From Candidatus Poribacteria bacterium (GTDB taxonomy: Bacteria; Poribacteria; WGA-4E; PCPOR2b): 64,000 bases of DNA. Under the pieces are notes generated by a model. It had not been told where the DNA came from, did not search any database, and saw only the letters and a program-made list of their open reading frames with translations. The stretch covers positions 256,001 to 320,000 of the forward strand of contig OZ242351.1 of the NCBI GenBank assembly GCA_965208675.1, read 5' to 3'. Shown here one piece after another: positions 9,705-20,900 of the stretch (positions are counted from its first letter, which is position 1; the number at the start of each line of letters is the position of its first letter). The translations under genes and the position numbers were made by a program.

Positions 9705-10355
9705 TCAAGCGTCGGTTGACGCAGCCACCCAGCGAATTGCTTGACTGACCAGCTTTCGGTAGTTTGGGTTTCCGTACGCCATCGCGTCGTGCCCGTGTTG
9801 GATGTATACAATCGGGGAGTTTCCATAACGATGCGTCCAGCCTAGTACCGGCGCACTGTCCCTATGCTCTGTGCGAAGCAAGACATGTACCTTTGGGTCG
9901 ACGGTATAACCCTTGTAAGTTTCGTCCTGTATCTCAAAATCCGCGATTCCCTTCGTCACAGGGTGATTGGGGTCGGCGATTTTTACACTGTATCGGACAT
10001 CGTGCCTGACCGTATTTTCGCCTGTTGTCCAGACGCCGCCGACAATTCGATTGAATTCATCCCATTCCCGGAACGAGATTAGCGCGTGGTGCAGTGAGAC
10101 TATGCCAACGCCGTGATTTAACAGATCCACGTATGCCGCACGCTGTGCGGGCGTGATTTCCTGCCACATGTCGTAAAATACAAGTGCATCATAGTCCTTT
10201 GCGCCTTCTATACTCAGATGTTGGAACGCATTTGGAAAGGTCTCGGCTTCATAGCTGAGATTTTCAAGGCTGTCGAACATTTCCCAGAACGGTTCCGGTT
10301 GGAAATCGTGTCCGCCGGTAATCACTAACACGTGGTTGTTTTGCTTTGCGGTCAT
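9705..10355 (-). CDS. ThuA-like domain protein
   Basis: VLVITGGHDF, GIVSLHHA, HPVTKGI.DFEIQDETY, YIQHGHD. Confidence 0.85.
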   Translation of the reverse strand: MTAKQNNHVLVITGGHDFQPEPFWEMFDSLENLSYEAETFPNAFQHLSIEGAKDYDALVFYDMWQEITPAQRAAYVDLLNHGVGIVSLHHALISFREWDEFNRIVGGVWTTGENTVRHDVRYSVKIADPNHPVTKGIADFEIQDETYKGYTVDPKVHVLLRTEHRDSAPVLGWTHRYGNSPIVYIQHGHDAMAYGNPNYRKLVSQAIRWVAASTDA

Positions 10356-10409
10356 TGTTTAGCTCCTGAGTTGATAACTATTGGAAAAACCGTATAAAGT
10401 TCGATCCAC

Positions 10410-11081
10410 TTAAATTTTTTTTCGTTTGCGAATTAAAGCCGGAATGAGCGATATGAGAACAATGAAGACGCCCGCGCCCGCTAGATACAGCAGCGTCAAC
10501 CTGATATTTCCTTCGCCGGCGTTTACAGCAGCACCGAGTTGGACGAAAGCAACAGTACCGGGCAGCATGCAGATCCACGAAACCAGAAAGTATGTGGAAA
10601 ACCGGATCTGCGTCAGTCCGTAGGCGTAATTCTGTAAATTGAAGGGAAAGATTGGAACGAGCCGCGTAATCATCAACATACGCCAGCCCTGTTCCTTAAC
10701 CCCGTTGTCAATCTTTTGAAAATGGGCGTTGTCGGCAACCCAAGATGCAACCATCTCACGGGCGGTATAACGCGCAATCAGAAATGCGCACGAAACCCCA
10801 ATAGCCGATCCGATTGAGGCGTAGACCGTGCCCCAGAGCGGCCCAAACGCGAGCCCGGAAAGTGCGGTTACGGGCAAGCCCGGCAAAAAGAACACGACTG
10901 CAGCCACATAAAAGCCGATAAAGGTCAGCGGTCCGATTGCGCCAAAGCTGTCAATCTTATCCTTAATTTTCGGGATATTTTCTAAACTTAGATATTCAGC
11001 CGCGCCCGAAAATCTCAAACCCCCGTACACAACACCAATTGCAGCCAAGGCGATAATCAGTTTGATTAGGTTTTTGTTCAT
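10410..11081 (-). CDS. TVP38/TMEM64 (DedA/VTT) membrane protein
   Basis: FLPG....LSGLAFGPLWG, RLVPIFPFNLQNYAYGLT, MLPGT. Confidence 0.9.
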   Translation of the reverse strand: MNKNLIKLIIALAAIGVVYGGLRFSGAAEYLSLENIPKIKDKIDSFGAIGPLTFIGFYVAAVVFFLPGLPVTALSGLAFGPLWGTVYASIGSAIGVSCAFLIARYTAREMVASWVADNAHFQKIDNGVKEQGWRMLMITRLVPIFPFNLQNYAYGLTQIRFSTYFLVSWICMLPGTVAFVQLGAAVNAGEGNIRLTLLYLAGAGVFIVLISLIPALIRKRKKI

Positions 11082-11125
11082 CCTGCTATTCTATTTTAGA
11101 ACGCCATTCCCAGAATCCAGCCGTT

Positions 11126-11923
11126 TCAACGGTTTTCCAAGAACCCTCTGATTTTCGGGACATTATCCGTCCACATACCGCCAATCTCGTTCCGCAGCAA
11201 CCACGCAACATCACGGCGGGAGTGAACGAATCCGCCTTCAACCATAATGTTCCTCGCTTTGAGTTTCCTGACGTTGCGTTTCAGACAACGCATAAAAAAG
11301 TCGCAGAGCGAGAAGTGATTCACCTTGTTCCATCCGATTATGATTCTGTTGGCGTTAATGGATTCCGCCGCCTTTAGGAGATTTGCCGCGGGATTAATAA
11401 TGATTGCGCTAGTTTGAAGTGTTGGTTCAAGCTGTTTGGCTTGGATGAGGAGGTGTTTCCGAGAATAGAAGGTCAAAAGGCCAACCGTGTGGACGAGATT
11501 AAATCGCCGTATCCGTTCCACAACGATACCGATAAGTTCTTCTGAATCCTCCTTCGGTTCAATGAAACACGGCATTTGGGTTTCCGCGGCGAGCGAGAGT
11601 GTCTGGTCGAGATGTGCGACAGGTTCATCGGAATCGAGCACTCTGTGCGTTTGCACATCGTGCCAAGTAAGTTCTTTGAGCGGTGATGAACATCCTGTGA
11701 CTTCCTGAATACTTTCGCGGTTAAAACCGGTATGTATGATAATCGGCTCTTTGTCTTGGGTCAAACGGACATCGCACTCGAAAGCGTCAGCCCCGTCTTC
11801 AAACGCCTGCCTGAAGGCGGCTATTGTGTTCTCAGGCCCCCGTTCCAACCCGCCGCGGTGCGCCAGTATTTGGGGCGTTACAGCGGAATTTCCACTGTTG
11901 AGTTCGTGATGGGTGTGGCGCAC
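11126..11923 (-). CDS. Glycerophosphodiester phosphodiesterase family protein
   Basis: ILAHRGG...PENTIAAFRQA, FECDVRLTQD, IEPK, WTDN. Confidence 0.85.
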   Translation of the reverse strand: MRHTHHELNSGNSAVTPQILAHRGGLERGPENTIAAFRQAFEDGADAFECDVRLTQDKEPIIIHTGFNRESIQEVTGCSSPLKELTWHDVQTHRVLDSDEPVAHLDQTLSLAAETQMPCFIEPKEDSEELIGIVVERIRRFNLVHTVGLLTFYSRKHLLIQAKQLEPTLQTSAIIINPAANLLKAAESINANRIIIGWNKVNHFSLCDFFMRCLKRNVRKLKARNIMVEGGFVHSRRDVAWLLRNEIGGMWTDNVPKIRGFLENR

Positions 11924-11965
11924 AGTTATTTTCTTTCGGCGTAAGTTGAAGGTTCCCGTTTGGTG

Positions 11966-12757
11966 TCACATCGCAACAATCCGCCGCATCCGTTCCGCAA
12001 CATCAACCTGATGCGCCCAATCTCCGCCGACTTCGTGGATAACATATCCATCGTAACCGACTGCTCTTAAATAGCACATCACGGACGGCCAATTCGTGTC
12101 CCCGTCAAGCAGGTTCACAAATTGATGTTGGTCGCGTTTAAAGTCCTTGAAATGCACGCGCACGATTCGTGCCCCAAGCTCGCGAATCCAATGTTCAGGG
12201 TACCCGTAAGCCATCATGTTGGCGGTGTCGAGGTAGGAGCGCACCCATTCGCTGTCAATTTCATCAATAAAGTCACACATCTCTCTGGAGCTAAGCAGAA
12301 ATTTATTCCATACATTCTCCAAACCGATGACCGCCCCATGTGACTCGGCAATAGGCGCCAAATCACTCAGAATGGACGATAAGTTTTCCCAAACCCCCAG
12401 ATATGTGCCTTCGTCGGTCAGTTGTCCCGGGTGCAACAGAATTGCGTCGACTCCGATTGCCTCGGCAATTTCAAGGCTGCGGACGACCGATTTGATGCCT
12501 TTCGCCCGTTGTCCGGTGTTGAGGCTGAGCAGGTTTCCACGATCTTGATAATTGGCGGCGACGCTGCTAATTTCGATTCCCGCTGCGGCACAACTATCGC
12601 GAACCGCTTTTAGTTCAGATTCGCTCATATTGATGTCCGTATCCCTGTCCTCTTCAAAGCACAGTTCAACTGCGTCATAACCCGCCTCTTGGCATAGCGC
12701 GAGCGTGTTGGCAAGTGGCATATTTCCAAGAATGATTTGGGTAACACCTATTTTCAT
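11966..12757 (-). CDS. Sugar phosphate isomerase/epimerase (AP_endonuc_2 family)
   Basis: GYDAVEL, GLENVWNKFLLS, YLDTAN, HFKDF, GYDGYVIHE. Confidence 0.88.
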   Translation of the reverse strand: MKIGVTQIILGNMPLANTLALCQEAGYDAVELCFEEDRDTDINMSESELKAVRDSCAAAGIEISSVAANYQDRGNLLSLNTGQRAKGIKSVVRSLEIAEAIGVDAILLHPGQLTDEGTYLGVWENLSSILSDLAPIAESHGAVIGLENVWNKFLLSSREMCDFIDEIDSEWVRSYLDTANMMAYGYPEHWIRELGARIVRVHFKDFKRDQHQFVNLLDGDTNWPSVMCYLRAVGYDGYVIHEVGGDWAHQVDVAERMRRIVAM

Positions 12758-12823
12758 CTTTTCTCCTAATTAAACCACATTGCGGCGCTTTATTGCACGT
12801 CGCTATGACTGTCGCCGCCGGAG

Positions 12824-12852
12824 ATTATATCACAGTCGGTGTCAATGCACAA
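12824..12852 (-). promoter_or_regulatory. sigma70-like promoter
   Basis: Minus strand reads TTGTGC-N17-TATAAT with an extended -10 TG. Confidence 0.45.
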
Positions 12853-12998
12853 TAAAATCACAGACACAGAACGCTCAACCTTCCGTATCTCAAACAACGC
12901 CGCGAATAGGGCTTGTCATTTGAAAATACATATGATATCGTTGTGACGAAGAGAATTACGGTTGCGGTAAGCGACGTTTAAATTTCCAATGTGATCGG

Positions 12999-14102
12999 GT
13001 GGGTTCGGTGGCTACACAACCGGAAGAGGTAACAGCGCTCAAAAGTGTTCTCGCCAATCGGACCCGAGAGGGCATCCTTTACGAAAAACTCTCCGGCAAA
13101 AAAGATTGGGTTCACTGTTTCGCTTGCGGGCACAACTGCAGAATTCCGCCGGGCAGAGATGGAATCTGCCGCGTTCGGTTTAATAGGGGCGGCGCGCTAT
13201 ACGTGCCGTGGGGTTACGTGGGCGGGCTGCAAATCGACCCCGTCGAGAAGAAGCCGTTCTTCCACGCATTTCTCGGCGCCGTGGCGATGAGTTTTGGGAT
13301 GTTGGGCTGCGACTATCATTGCGCCTTTTGCCAGAACTGGATCACGTCGCAAACATTGCGGGATAAGAATGCGGTGGCGCCGGCAAAAGACATTTCCCCG
13401 GAAGAGTTTGTGGCGCTTGCACGTCAATATCGTGCGGAAATTGTCTCCAGTACCTACAACGAACCGCTCATTACTAGCGAATGGGCAATCGAAATTTTCA
13501 AAGTTGCCAAATCTCACGGTCTGGTCACTTCCTACGTTTCCAACGGGAACGGCACGCCTGAAGCCCTCGATTATCTCAGTCCGTGGGTAGACCTATACAA
13601 AGTCGATCTCAAAGGATTCAACGACAAAAATTACCGCAAATTAGGCGGTGTGTTGCAGCACGTCCTCGACACAATCAAGATGCTGTACGAGCGCAATTTC
13701 TGGGTCGAAATTGTCACGCTCGTCATTCCTGGATATAACGATTCGGATGAAGAGCTTAAGGACATCGCCCATTTTCTAGTGTCTATCGCGGCGGATATTC
13801 CGTGGCATGTGACAGCTTTTCACAAAGATTACAAGATGACAGACCTGGACAATACTTCTGTCTCCACACTCATTCGTGCGGCGGAAATTGGATATGATGC
13901 TGGGCTCCGCTATGTGTACGCAGGCAATTTGCCCGGGCGCGTTGGGCGGTATGAGAACACCTACTGTCCGGGCTGTAATGTGTTGCTTATCAAGCGGTGG
14001 GGATTTAAGGTGATGATGAATCGGGTGGAAGAAGGTGGGTGCCCCAATTGTGGGACCAAGATTCGCGGTGTATGGACCAAGGCAATGCTGAACACCTCAT
14101 GA
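12999..14102 (+). CDS. amrS: AmmeMemoRadiSam system radical SAM enzyme
   Basis: CFACGHNC..GICRVR, DPVEKKPFFH, GCDYHCAFCQNW, TYNEP, YVYAGN, terminal CPGC and CPNCG. Confidence 0.92.
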   Translation: MGSVATQPEEVTALKSVLANRTREGILYEKLSGKKDWVHCFACGHNCRIPPGRDGICRVRFNRGGALYVPWGYVGGLQIDPVEKKPFFHAFLGAVAMSFGMLGCDYHCAFCQNWITSQTLRDKNAVAPAKDISPEEFVALARQYRAEIVSSTYNEPLITSEWAIEIFKVAKSHGLVTSYVSNGNGTPEALDYLSPWVDLYKVDLKGFNDKNYRKLGGVLQHVLDTIKMLYERNFWVEIVTLVIPGYNDSDEELKDIAHFLVSIAADIPWHVTAFHKDYKMTDLDNTSVSTLIRAAEIGYDAGLRYVYAGNLPGRVGRYENTYCPGCNVLLIKRWGFKVMMNRVEEGGCPNCGTKIRGVWTKAMLNTS

Positions 14103-14127
14103 GACGAATTCAGTAAACTCAAGGGCA

Positions 14128-15363
14128 TCAAACATTGCGTTGTCCCTGCCGAATGACCGCCGCCGTCTCTCTCGCCACAATGATCTCCTCGTTCGCCGGG
14201 ATGACGAGAATCTTTGCCCGGCTTTCCGGTGTGGAGACCTCACCTTCGCCGGTGTGTGTCTCGTTTTTTCGTGGATCCAACAGAATGCCTTGCCACTCTA
14301 GCCCATCGCAGATTGCACTACGGGCACGTGCGCTTTTTTCACCAATTCCGCCGGTGAACGCAATGACGTCAACCCCGCCGAGTGCGGCAATATATGCGCC
14401 GATGTACTTTTTGACGCCGTAATAATAGGTCTCTAACGCCAGGCGGGCGTCATCGTTCCCCGCTTTTGCCGCTGCTTCAATGTCGCGAACGTCGCCGCTG
14501 ACTCCGGAGATTCCAAGCAACCCGGATTCGTCGATTAATTGGCGGCGAATCTCCGTTGTGTTCCACCCCTCCTCGTCCATGACATAAAGCATCGCAAACG
14601 GATCAAAGTCACCGCTCCTTGTCGCTTGGATGAGTCCGTACTGAGTCGAAACCCCCATTGTCGTGTCAATTGAATTGCCGTCACGGATGGCGCATATTGA
14701 AGAACTCCCGCCGAGGTGGCAAGAGATGATTCGGGGGGAAGCGGTTTTTTGAGTCGGGGCGCCTCCATTGAGCGTTGCGACGATTATCTGCGGCGCGCGC
14801 TCTGCGATGTAACGGTGCGAGGCACCGTGAAACCCATAGCGGCGGATGTGGTGTTTCTCCACCCATGTACGTGGCACGCCGAATTCGTAAGCGTAGTCAG
14901 GGATGGTCTGGTGAAACCACGTCTCCAAAACCGCGACTAAAGGTGTATTCTGCGCCAATTCTTGAAACGCTCGGATGGAGGCGATGTAAGCGGAATTGTG
15001 CAGTGGAACTAGCGGAACGTATGCCTCTAGCGCTTCGATTACCTGTTCCGTAATGAGGGCGGACCGTCGGATGCCTTTGGCAAAAACAGTTTTGAAGCCT
15101 ACGCCCCCCAAGGCATCAAGATTGCGAATCGCACCCTCTTTGGGGTGGGTGACCATCTTGATGGTGTGTGCGATGGCAGCGTCATGGTTCGGTGCCTCAA
15201 TTGTGCCGCGCAAAACCAGTTTGTTAGGCACGGTGTGCGTGAACGGCGACGGGGAATTGCCAATCCGTTCTACAACTCCCTTGATAAGCGTTTCTGACGT
15301 TTTAACATCAATAATCTGGTATTTGAACGATGTGCTGCCAACGTTGGCGCAGAGTATCAGCAT
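14128..15363 (-). CDS. ackA: Acetate/propionate kinase
   Basis: NVGSTSFKY, PLHN, ETWFH, RRYGFHGASH, CHLGGSSS, FTGGIGE, ANEE. Confidence 0.92.
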   Translation of the reverse strand: MLILCANVGSTSFKYQIIDVKTSETLIKGVVERIGNSPSPFTHTVPNKLVLRGTIEAPNHDAAIAHTIKMVTHPKEGAIRNLDALGGVGFKTVFAKGIRRSALITEQVIEALEAYVPLVPLHNSAYIASIRAFQELAQNTPLVAVLETWFHQTIPDYAYEFGVPRTWVEKHHIRRYGFHGASHRYIAERAPQIIVATLNGGAPTQKTASPRIISCHLGGSSSICAIRDGNSIDTTMGVSTQYGLIQATRSGDFDPFAMLYVMDEEGWNTTEIRRQLIDESGLLGISGVSGDVRDIEAAAKAGNDDARLALETYYYGVKKYIGAYIAALGGVDVIAFTGGIGEKSARARSAICDGLEWQGILLDPRKNETHTGEGEVSTPESRAKILVIPANEEIIVARETAAVIRQGQRNV

Positions 15364-15606
15364 AATGCGTCTCGCAAATCTGGACGTTGCCGCTTCAGCA
15401 ACGATAAGATGATCGTTGATTTATTCCGAATTTATTCAAACGCGTTGGTGTTCGTGCATGTCCTGTACGGGCTTGGGCTGCGGCAGGCGTGGTTTACTTC
15501 AGCAGTTCATCGGCCCTGATTGATTCCACGAATCAAAATAATAACGCAGTATACAATGTTTATCAAGCCGAAAGTGTTGGTCAATCTTCTTCGCAAAATC
15601 GACAGA

Positions 15607-15679
15607 TTTTTCTTTACAGTCTTGGCGATTGGTATTGTGCATTGTGGATGTGCTGGACCATAATACCAATAAAGAAAAA
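15607..15679. repeat. Imperfect intergenic inverted repeat with ATTGGTATT/AATACCAAT core
   Basis: ATTGGTATT (15628-15636) and AATACCAAT (15662-15670) lie 25 nt apart; outer arms TTTTTCTTTA (15607-15616) / TAAAGAAAAA (15670-15679). Confidence 0.6.
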
Positions 15680-15781
15680 GCAACTTTTGTAAATCATTCA
15701 ACATATTGTGTGAACATGTTTGAAAATTCCTTATATACAGTCCTAGCGGAGCAAAACGTATAAATCACGCCGCCGCCCTCC

Positions 15782-15844
15782 GTAGGCGTGGCATCTTGCC
15801 GTGCGTGCGTCACCAAGTCTAGTAGGCGTGGCATCTTGCCCCGC
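15782..15844 (+). repeat. Two GTAG-headed REP-like copies
   Basis: Exact 19-nt direct repeat GTAGGCGTGGCATCTTGCC at 15782 and 15822; each continues as an imperfect hairpin GCGTGGCA-TCT-TGCC(N)YGC. Confidence 0.7.
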
Positions 15845-16139
15845 ACCATACGCGAGTATGGTGTTTGGTGGGATCAATCGACTGAATAGCATCAACTGTT
15901 CAAATAGCGAAGGACATAGTGAATCCCGCCTGATAGAAGTACCAACGAATATTAGCAACTCAAAAGCCCAAGAATGGCTTCGTCACACATTATTCAAACA
16001 GGCTTTAAACCTTATCAGTAGAATTCTATCATTTTGTGGATTGGTTGAGATTCGATTCGGTTTGTGATAAAATACAGGGCGCAAATACGTTTAAAGTCGC
16101 TTGGCGCCAAAATGCGGTACCAAGTTGGAAAATGCAGGC

Positions 16140-17090
16140 ATGACGGAGCAGCCAGAAAACGACACAATTACCGCTGTCGAAGGAATTAAAGTTGGTCACG
16201 TAACAGACCCAATCGCACGTACGGGTTGCACAGTTATTTTGTGCGAGTCCGGCGCTGTCGCGGGAGTGGATGTTCGCGGTTCCGCACCGGGTACTAGGGA
16301 AACCGACGCAATCCGCCCGGGGAATTTGGTTGAAAAAGCTCACGCGGTGTTGCTCACGGGCGGCAGTGCGTTCGGACTTGATGCGGCGGGAGGTGTCATG
16401 CAGTTTTTTGCAGATCGCCGAATAGGATTTCCCGCCGGCCCGGTACGGGTGCCGATAGTTCCGGCTGCAGTGATTTTTGATCTGGGAGTCGGCGACGCCG
16501 CAGCGTATCCGAACCGTGAGATGGGCTATCGTGCTTGTATGAACGCCGACAGCAATTCGGTAAAGATGGGAAAATTCGGCGCAGGTACTGGCGCAACAGT
16601 TGGCAAGATTCCAGGTTTTAAGTCGTCAAATGGCGGTGTTGGTTCTGCATGCCGCGTCCTCAAATCAGGGTTAATCGTCGCGGCAATTGTCGTTGTCAAC
16701 GCCTGGGGTAATATCGTCGACCCAAATTCCGGAAGGATTGTGGCAGGAGCAATGGATAAGGAAACAGGCGAATTTGTGGATATTGTCGAACATTTATGTG
16801 CCCAGGATAATGAGGTATGCCGTGCGAACCATACACTTGGAACTAACACAACGGTCGGCGTCGTTGCGACGAATGCGGCGCTTAGTGCCGCAGAAGCGGC
16901 AAAAGTCGCACAGATGGCTCACGATGGCTTGGCGAGGGTGATTCGCCCGGTTCACACCATGTTCGATGGAGACACTGTGTTTGCGCTTTCTCTGGCTAAA
17001 AAGGAGGCGGACGTAAACACCGTCGGAATCGTTGCTGTGGAAGTAGTGGCAGAGGCAATTTTGCGGGCAGTAAAACCAGAAAGTGATTAG
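16140..17090 (+). CDS. P1 family peptidase (DmpA / S58)
   Basis: TGCTV, GVDVRGSAPGTRETD, LTGGSAFGL, VPIVPAA, GAGTGA, autoprocessing NTT, HDG.AR.IRPVHTMFDGDTVF. Confidence 0.92.
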   Translation: MTEQPENDTITAVEGIKVGHVTDPIARTGCTVILCESGAVAGVDVRGSAPGTRETDAIRPGNLVEKAHAVLLTGGSAFGLDAAGGVMQFFADRRIGFPAGPVRVPIVPAAVIFDLGVGDAAAYPNREMGYRACMNADSNSVKMGKFGAGTGATVGKIPGFKSSNGGVGSACRVLKSGLIVAAIVVVNAWGNIVDPNSGRIVAGAMDKETGEFVDIVEHLCAQDNEVCRANHTLGTNTTVGVVATNAALSAAEAAKVAQMAHDGLARVIRPVHTMFDGDTVFALSLAKKEADVNTVGIVAVEVVAEAILRAVKPESD

Positions 17091-17225
17091 ACTACGAATT
17101 GCTGCTGTAGCCTATGTTCCGCGTTTGGCGAGGGCGTGTGGAGGGCAATGTTGTCCAATGAAATGCGAACGCACTTGCATTCGACCCGCATCACGGTGGA
17201 AATCTAGCGTCCGGAATTTATTGGT

Positions 17226-17723
17226 CTATACTTCTTCAAGGCTGATTGGTGAGTAGGTGGAAACATCGGTTTTAAAACTCTGTTTAGTCCGCAGAAAAGG
17301 AAGTTTGGATTTAAGTTTCCGAATCGCACCAGCGAAGCCCTGGTTGTCTTGCAGGAGTTCAATGTTTTCAGCTTGGGTTTCGACCTGTTTACTTAATTGC
17401 ATTATAATTGCATCCGCCCGCTTGCTTGATTCCTCGGATGCGGCTTGCATCTGCTCTATCAAAGCATCAGATTTCTTGATTCCGTCTTCACCTTGAGCGC
17501 GAAGTCGTTCTAGTTCCGCATAAAGAAACTCGTTCTCTTTGGTCAACTGTTCAATACGGGCGTCTCTTTCGCAGATTAGGGTTTTTAGGGAAGTGATTTC
17601 TTTCTGGCGGGTGAATTCACCAGATGGTTCAATATGTGGCTCCTTCCGTGCGGCGTTTTCATTTCTCATGAACGCCCCCGGAGGTTGAACCGATGTTTCT
17701 ACGGACGAAATAAATGTTTCCAT
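17226..17723 (-). CDS. Hypothetical coiled-coil protein
   Basis: AAGGAG SD before ATG 17723; heptad-rich E/K/Q segment (RDARIEQLTKENEFLYAELERLR). Confidence 0.6.
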   Translation of the reverse strand: METFISSVETSVQPPGAFMRNENAARKEPHIEPSGEFTRQKEITSLKTLICERDARIEQLTKENEFLYAELERLRAQGEDGIKKSDALIEQMQAASEESSKRADAIIMQLSKQVETQAENIELLQDNQGFAGAIRKLKSKLPFLRTKQSFKTDVSTYSPISLEEV

Positions 17724-17986
17724 TCTATTTGTTCTCCTTTTCACTCGACCATGGCAGCGTTAAATCATACCGATAGCAGCCCAGTAAGCAACTAGATTAA
17801 GCATTGGCTGACATTTCGGTAGGCGATTTCACTAACATCAAAACGTTTTTGGAATTGATAGCGTTTCACCTTTTTCAACACATCATATGTTCGCTGATTC
17901 CGCAATCAAGACTAAATTCCACACAGCGATTTGGGATTGAGATGACTTAACTAACAGCAATTGGAACCATAGAGGAGTGCAAATCT

Positions 17987-20900
17987 ATGTCATCAATCCT
18001 CACTCCAAAAGATTTGATTCTTGTACCCGATCTTACGACTGATGACGTTGAAGACGTCCTCAAAAATTACGGTCTCCAGGATCTGCCCCGCGCCAGCCGC
18101 AATCTACAGAGTCTTACTGGGGAACCACCGGTGCGTGAAGCGTGCGCTGAGATTATGGAAACATTACTAGAATGCGTAGCAGATTCGGCGCATCCAGATT
18201 CTGCTTTGCACAATTTTGCGCGGTTCGTCGATGCGGCATCTGACCCGCTGCGGCTGTATCAAATACTTCGTGACGCGCCATTCTTAATTTCCATACTGGC
18301 GAAGTCCTTTGGATCAAGCACGTATTTTTCAGATATCCTAATCCGCAATCCGGAGTATATTAATGGGTTCGTAGTGAACGGCATAATTGCGCCGCCCAAG
18401 CCGCGGGAAATTATGGACGGCGAATTATGTCAATCTTTGCGGTCGGTCGATTCGGTCGAACAAAAGTTGGACGCGCTCCGTCGTTACAAACGCAAGGAGA
18501 GTTTGCGCATTGGCGTCCGAGACCTCATCGGTGCCGCAGATTTGGAAACTACTACCTTAGAGTTATCCAATCTGGCGGAAACTGCGCTGCAAAAGTGCTG
18601 CGAGATTGGAGAGCATGAACTCACATCAAGATTTGGAACGCCGCAAGCTGAACTGCACAACGGCGAGACAATTGGGAGCACATTTGCGGTAATAGGAATG
18701 GGAAAATTCGGCGGCCGCGAATTAAATTTTAGCTCCGATATTGACGTGATGTTCGTTTATTCGAGAGATGGAACGACGAATCAGGGCGTTGAGAACCGCC
18801 AATACTTCAATAAACTATCCGAGTTTATCATTAACGGGCTTAGCGAGATTACAGGGGAAGGATATGTCTTCCGTGTTGACGCCCGCCTGCGGCCGGAGAG
18901 CAGCGCAGGAAGCATCGCGCGCTCCATAGATAGTTACGAAGCGTACTACGAAGGTTGGGGCGAAATCTGGGAACGCCAAGCGTTAATCAAGGCGCGTCCA
19001 GTAGCTGGCGATCTCCAACTCGGAAGGCAGTTCATTGGCACCATCCAGCCGTTCGTATATCAACGGTATCTTGATGAATTTTCGATCGCTGAAATCAAGA
19101 TGGATATACGTCAGACTAAATCGAGAATTGAAGATCGTATTCGTGAAAAAGGCTCCTTTGTGAATAACCATGTTAAACTAGGCATCGGCTGCATTCGCGA
19201 TATGGAATTTACGATTCAGTGCCTACAACTCATTTATGGCGGTCCAATTCCTGCCTTGCGAAACTGTAACTCGTTAGAGACGATAGACCTGCTTCATCAA
19301 CACAAATTTCTGAGCCCGAGAAATCGCGATGTTTTCGCAGACGCCTACCGGTTTTTGCGAATGGTGGAACATCGCCTTCAGATGGAGGCCGATCAGCAGC
19401 GGTACTCCCTGCCTTCGAAAACATCAGAATTGGTTAAACTCGCTAGGTCCACAGGGTACAGAGATACGAAATCTGTCTTGGCGTTGGAGGCGTTCCATGC
19501 CGATTATCGGCAGCACACGCACGCCGTGCGCTTAATCTTTGAAAAAATCTTGGAGATTCCTGTGCCGGACGGAGGGATTGATTTGGCATCTCTGTTTACG
19601 ACGACGGATGCCGGCATGGTCCGCGAAATTTTGAATCCGTATGGATTTGCCGATCCCCATGAAGCGCGAAGGCGATTAAAGACCATGGCGGAAGGCTCTG
19701 ATGGCGTGCGTTTTTCGCCCACTGTGCGGCGGCTATTTGTCCAGCTCGCTCCCGTGCTGTTACATTTTATCGCCGAGTCGCCGGATCCGGACATGGCAAT
19801 TCGATACATTGACGTTTTTACGAGCAAAGTCGGAGCGCGCGCCTCATATTACACCCTGTTTCGTGACAATCCTTCGATTATCGAGATGTTGACGAAGATA
19901 TGCGGCACCAGCCGATTTTTGGCTGAGTTGCTTATCGAGCATCCAGAGTCGTTCGATGTGTTGACCGTATCCGCAGTCATGGCGCGCCCCAAGACTTTAG
20001 CCGAGAAACAGCAAGAAACTCTTGAGATGATCGCCAATACTACGCCCGATCGCATATTTGATAGACTGCGGCAATATAAAAACAGCGAAATCTTGCGTAT
20101 CGGAATGCGTAGTATCCTTGCACAAGCTGAACTTGAATCCAAGGATTGGGACGCGACGCCTAGCATCAAAGCCGATTTGTGGACGACAACCGCTGAACTC
20201 TCCGATCTCGCCGAGGCAACGCTTAAAGCGATGTATGCTCACGTCAAAGATATGTTCATTGCGGAACACGGAAGACCCATGGTGGACGATGGGAGTGAAG
20301 CGACCCTTACCATCATTGGAATGGGAAAATTCGGCGGGGGCGAATTGAACTTCAGCTCGGATTTGGACGTTATGTTAGTTTATTCTGCCGACGGTAAGAC
20401 CACCAAAGGGGAAACCAATGCGGACTATTTCAGCGATTTTGGCTTGGCATTAGTCAACCGGTTGAAAGGAAGCACCGGAGGTGGATCCATCTACGAACTC
20501 GATTTAAGGTTGCGTCCGTTTGGCAACGGTGGGGCGATTGCCATGCCGCTATCCGGATACCAAAACTACTACGATAAAAATGCCGAAACTTGGGAACGCC
20601 AAGCCTTAACCCGTGCCCGCCCGGTCGCAGGTGATATGGAGCTGGGCAATCGATTCATCGCCCAAGCGCACGCTTTCGCCTATCGCCATCCGTTAACCCC
20701 CGATGAAATTACGCAGATTGCGCATACCCGGAAACGCAAAGAAGCGCAAGCTACCCGCCCCGCTGCAACACGGCGGCGAAGGAGGAGTCGGACGAAAGAT
20801 GTGAAAGCTGGCTACGGCGGACTTGTCGACATTGAGTTCGCCGTGCAGATAATCCAGTTAATCAATGGCACGGATTCCCCGCAGGTGCGGGTGCAACACA

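Noticed and set aside
15556-15663. 35-aa ORF resembling a signal peptide (MFIKPK...GCAGP)
   Set aside because: No SD, no valid lipobox, and it overlaps the inverted repeat; probably chance.
15782-15844. CRISPR array
   Set aside because: Only two 19-nt repeats with a 21-nt spacer and no cas genes; fits REP-like repeats better.
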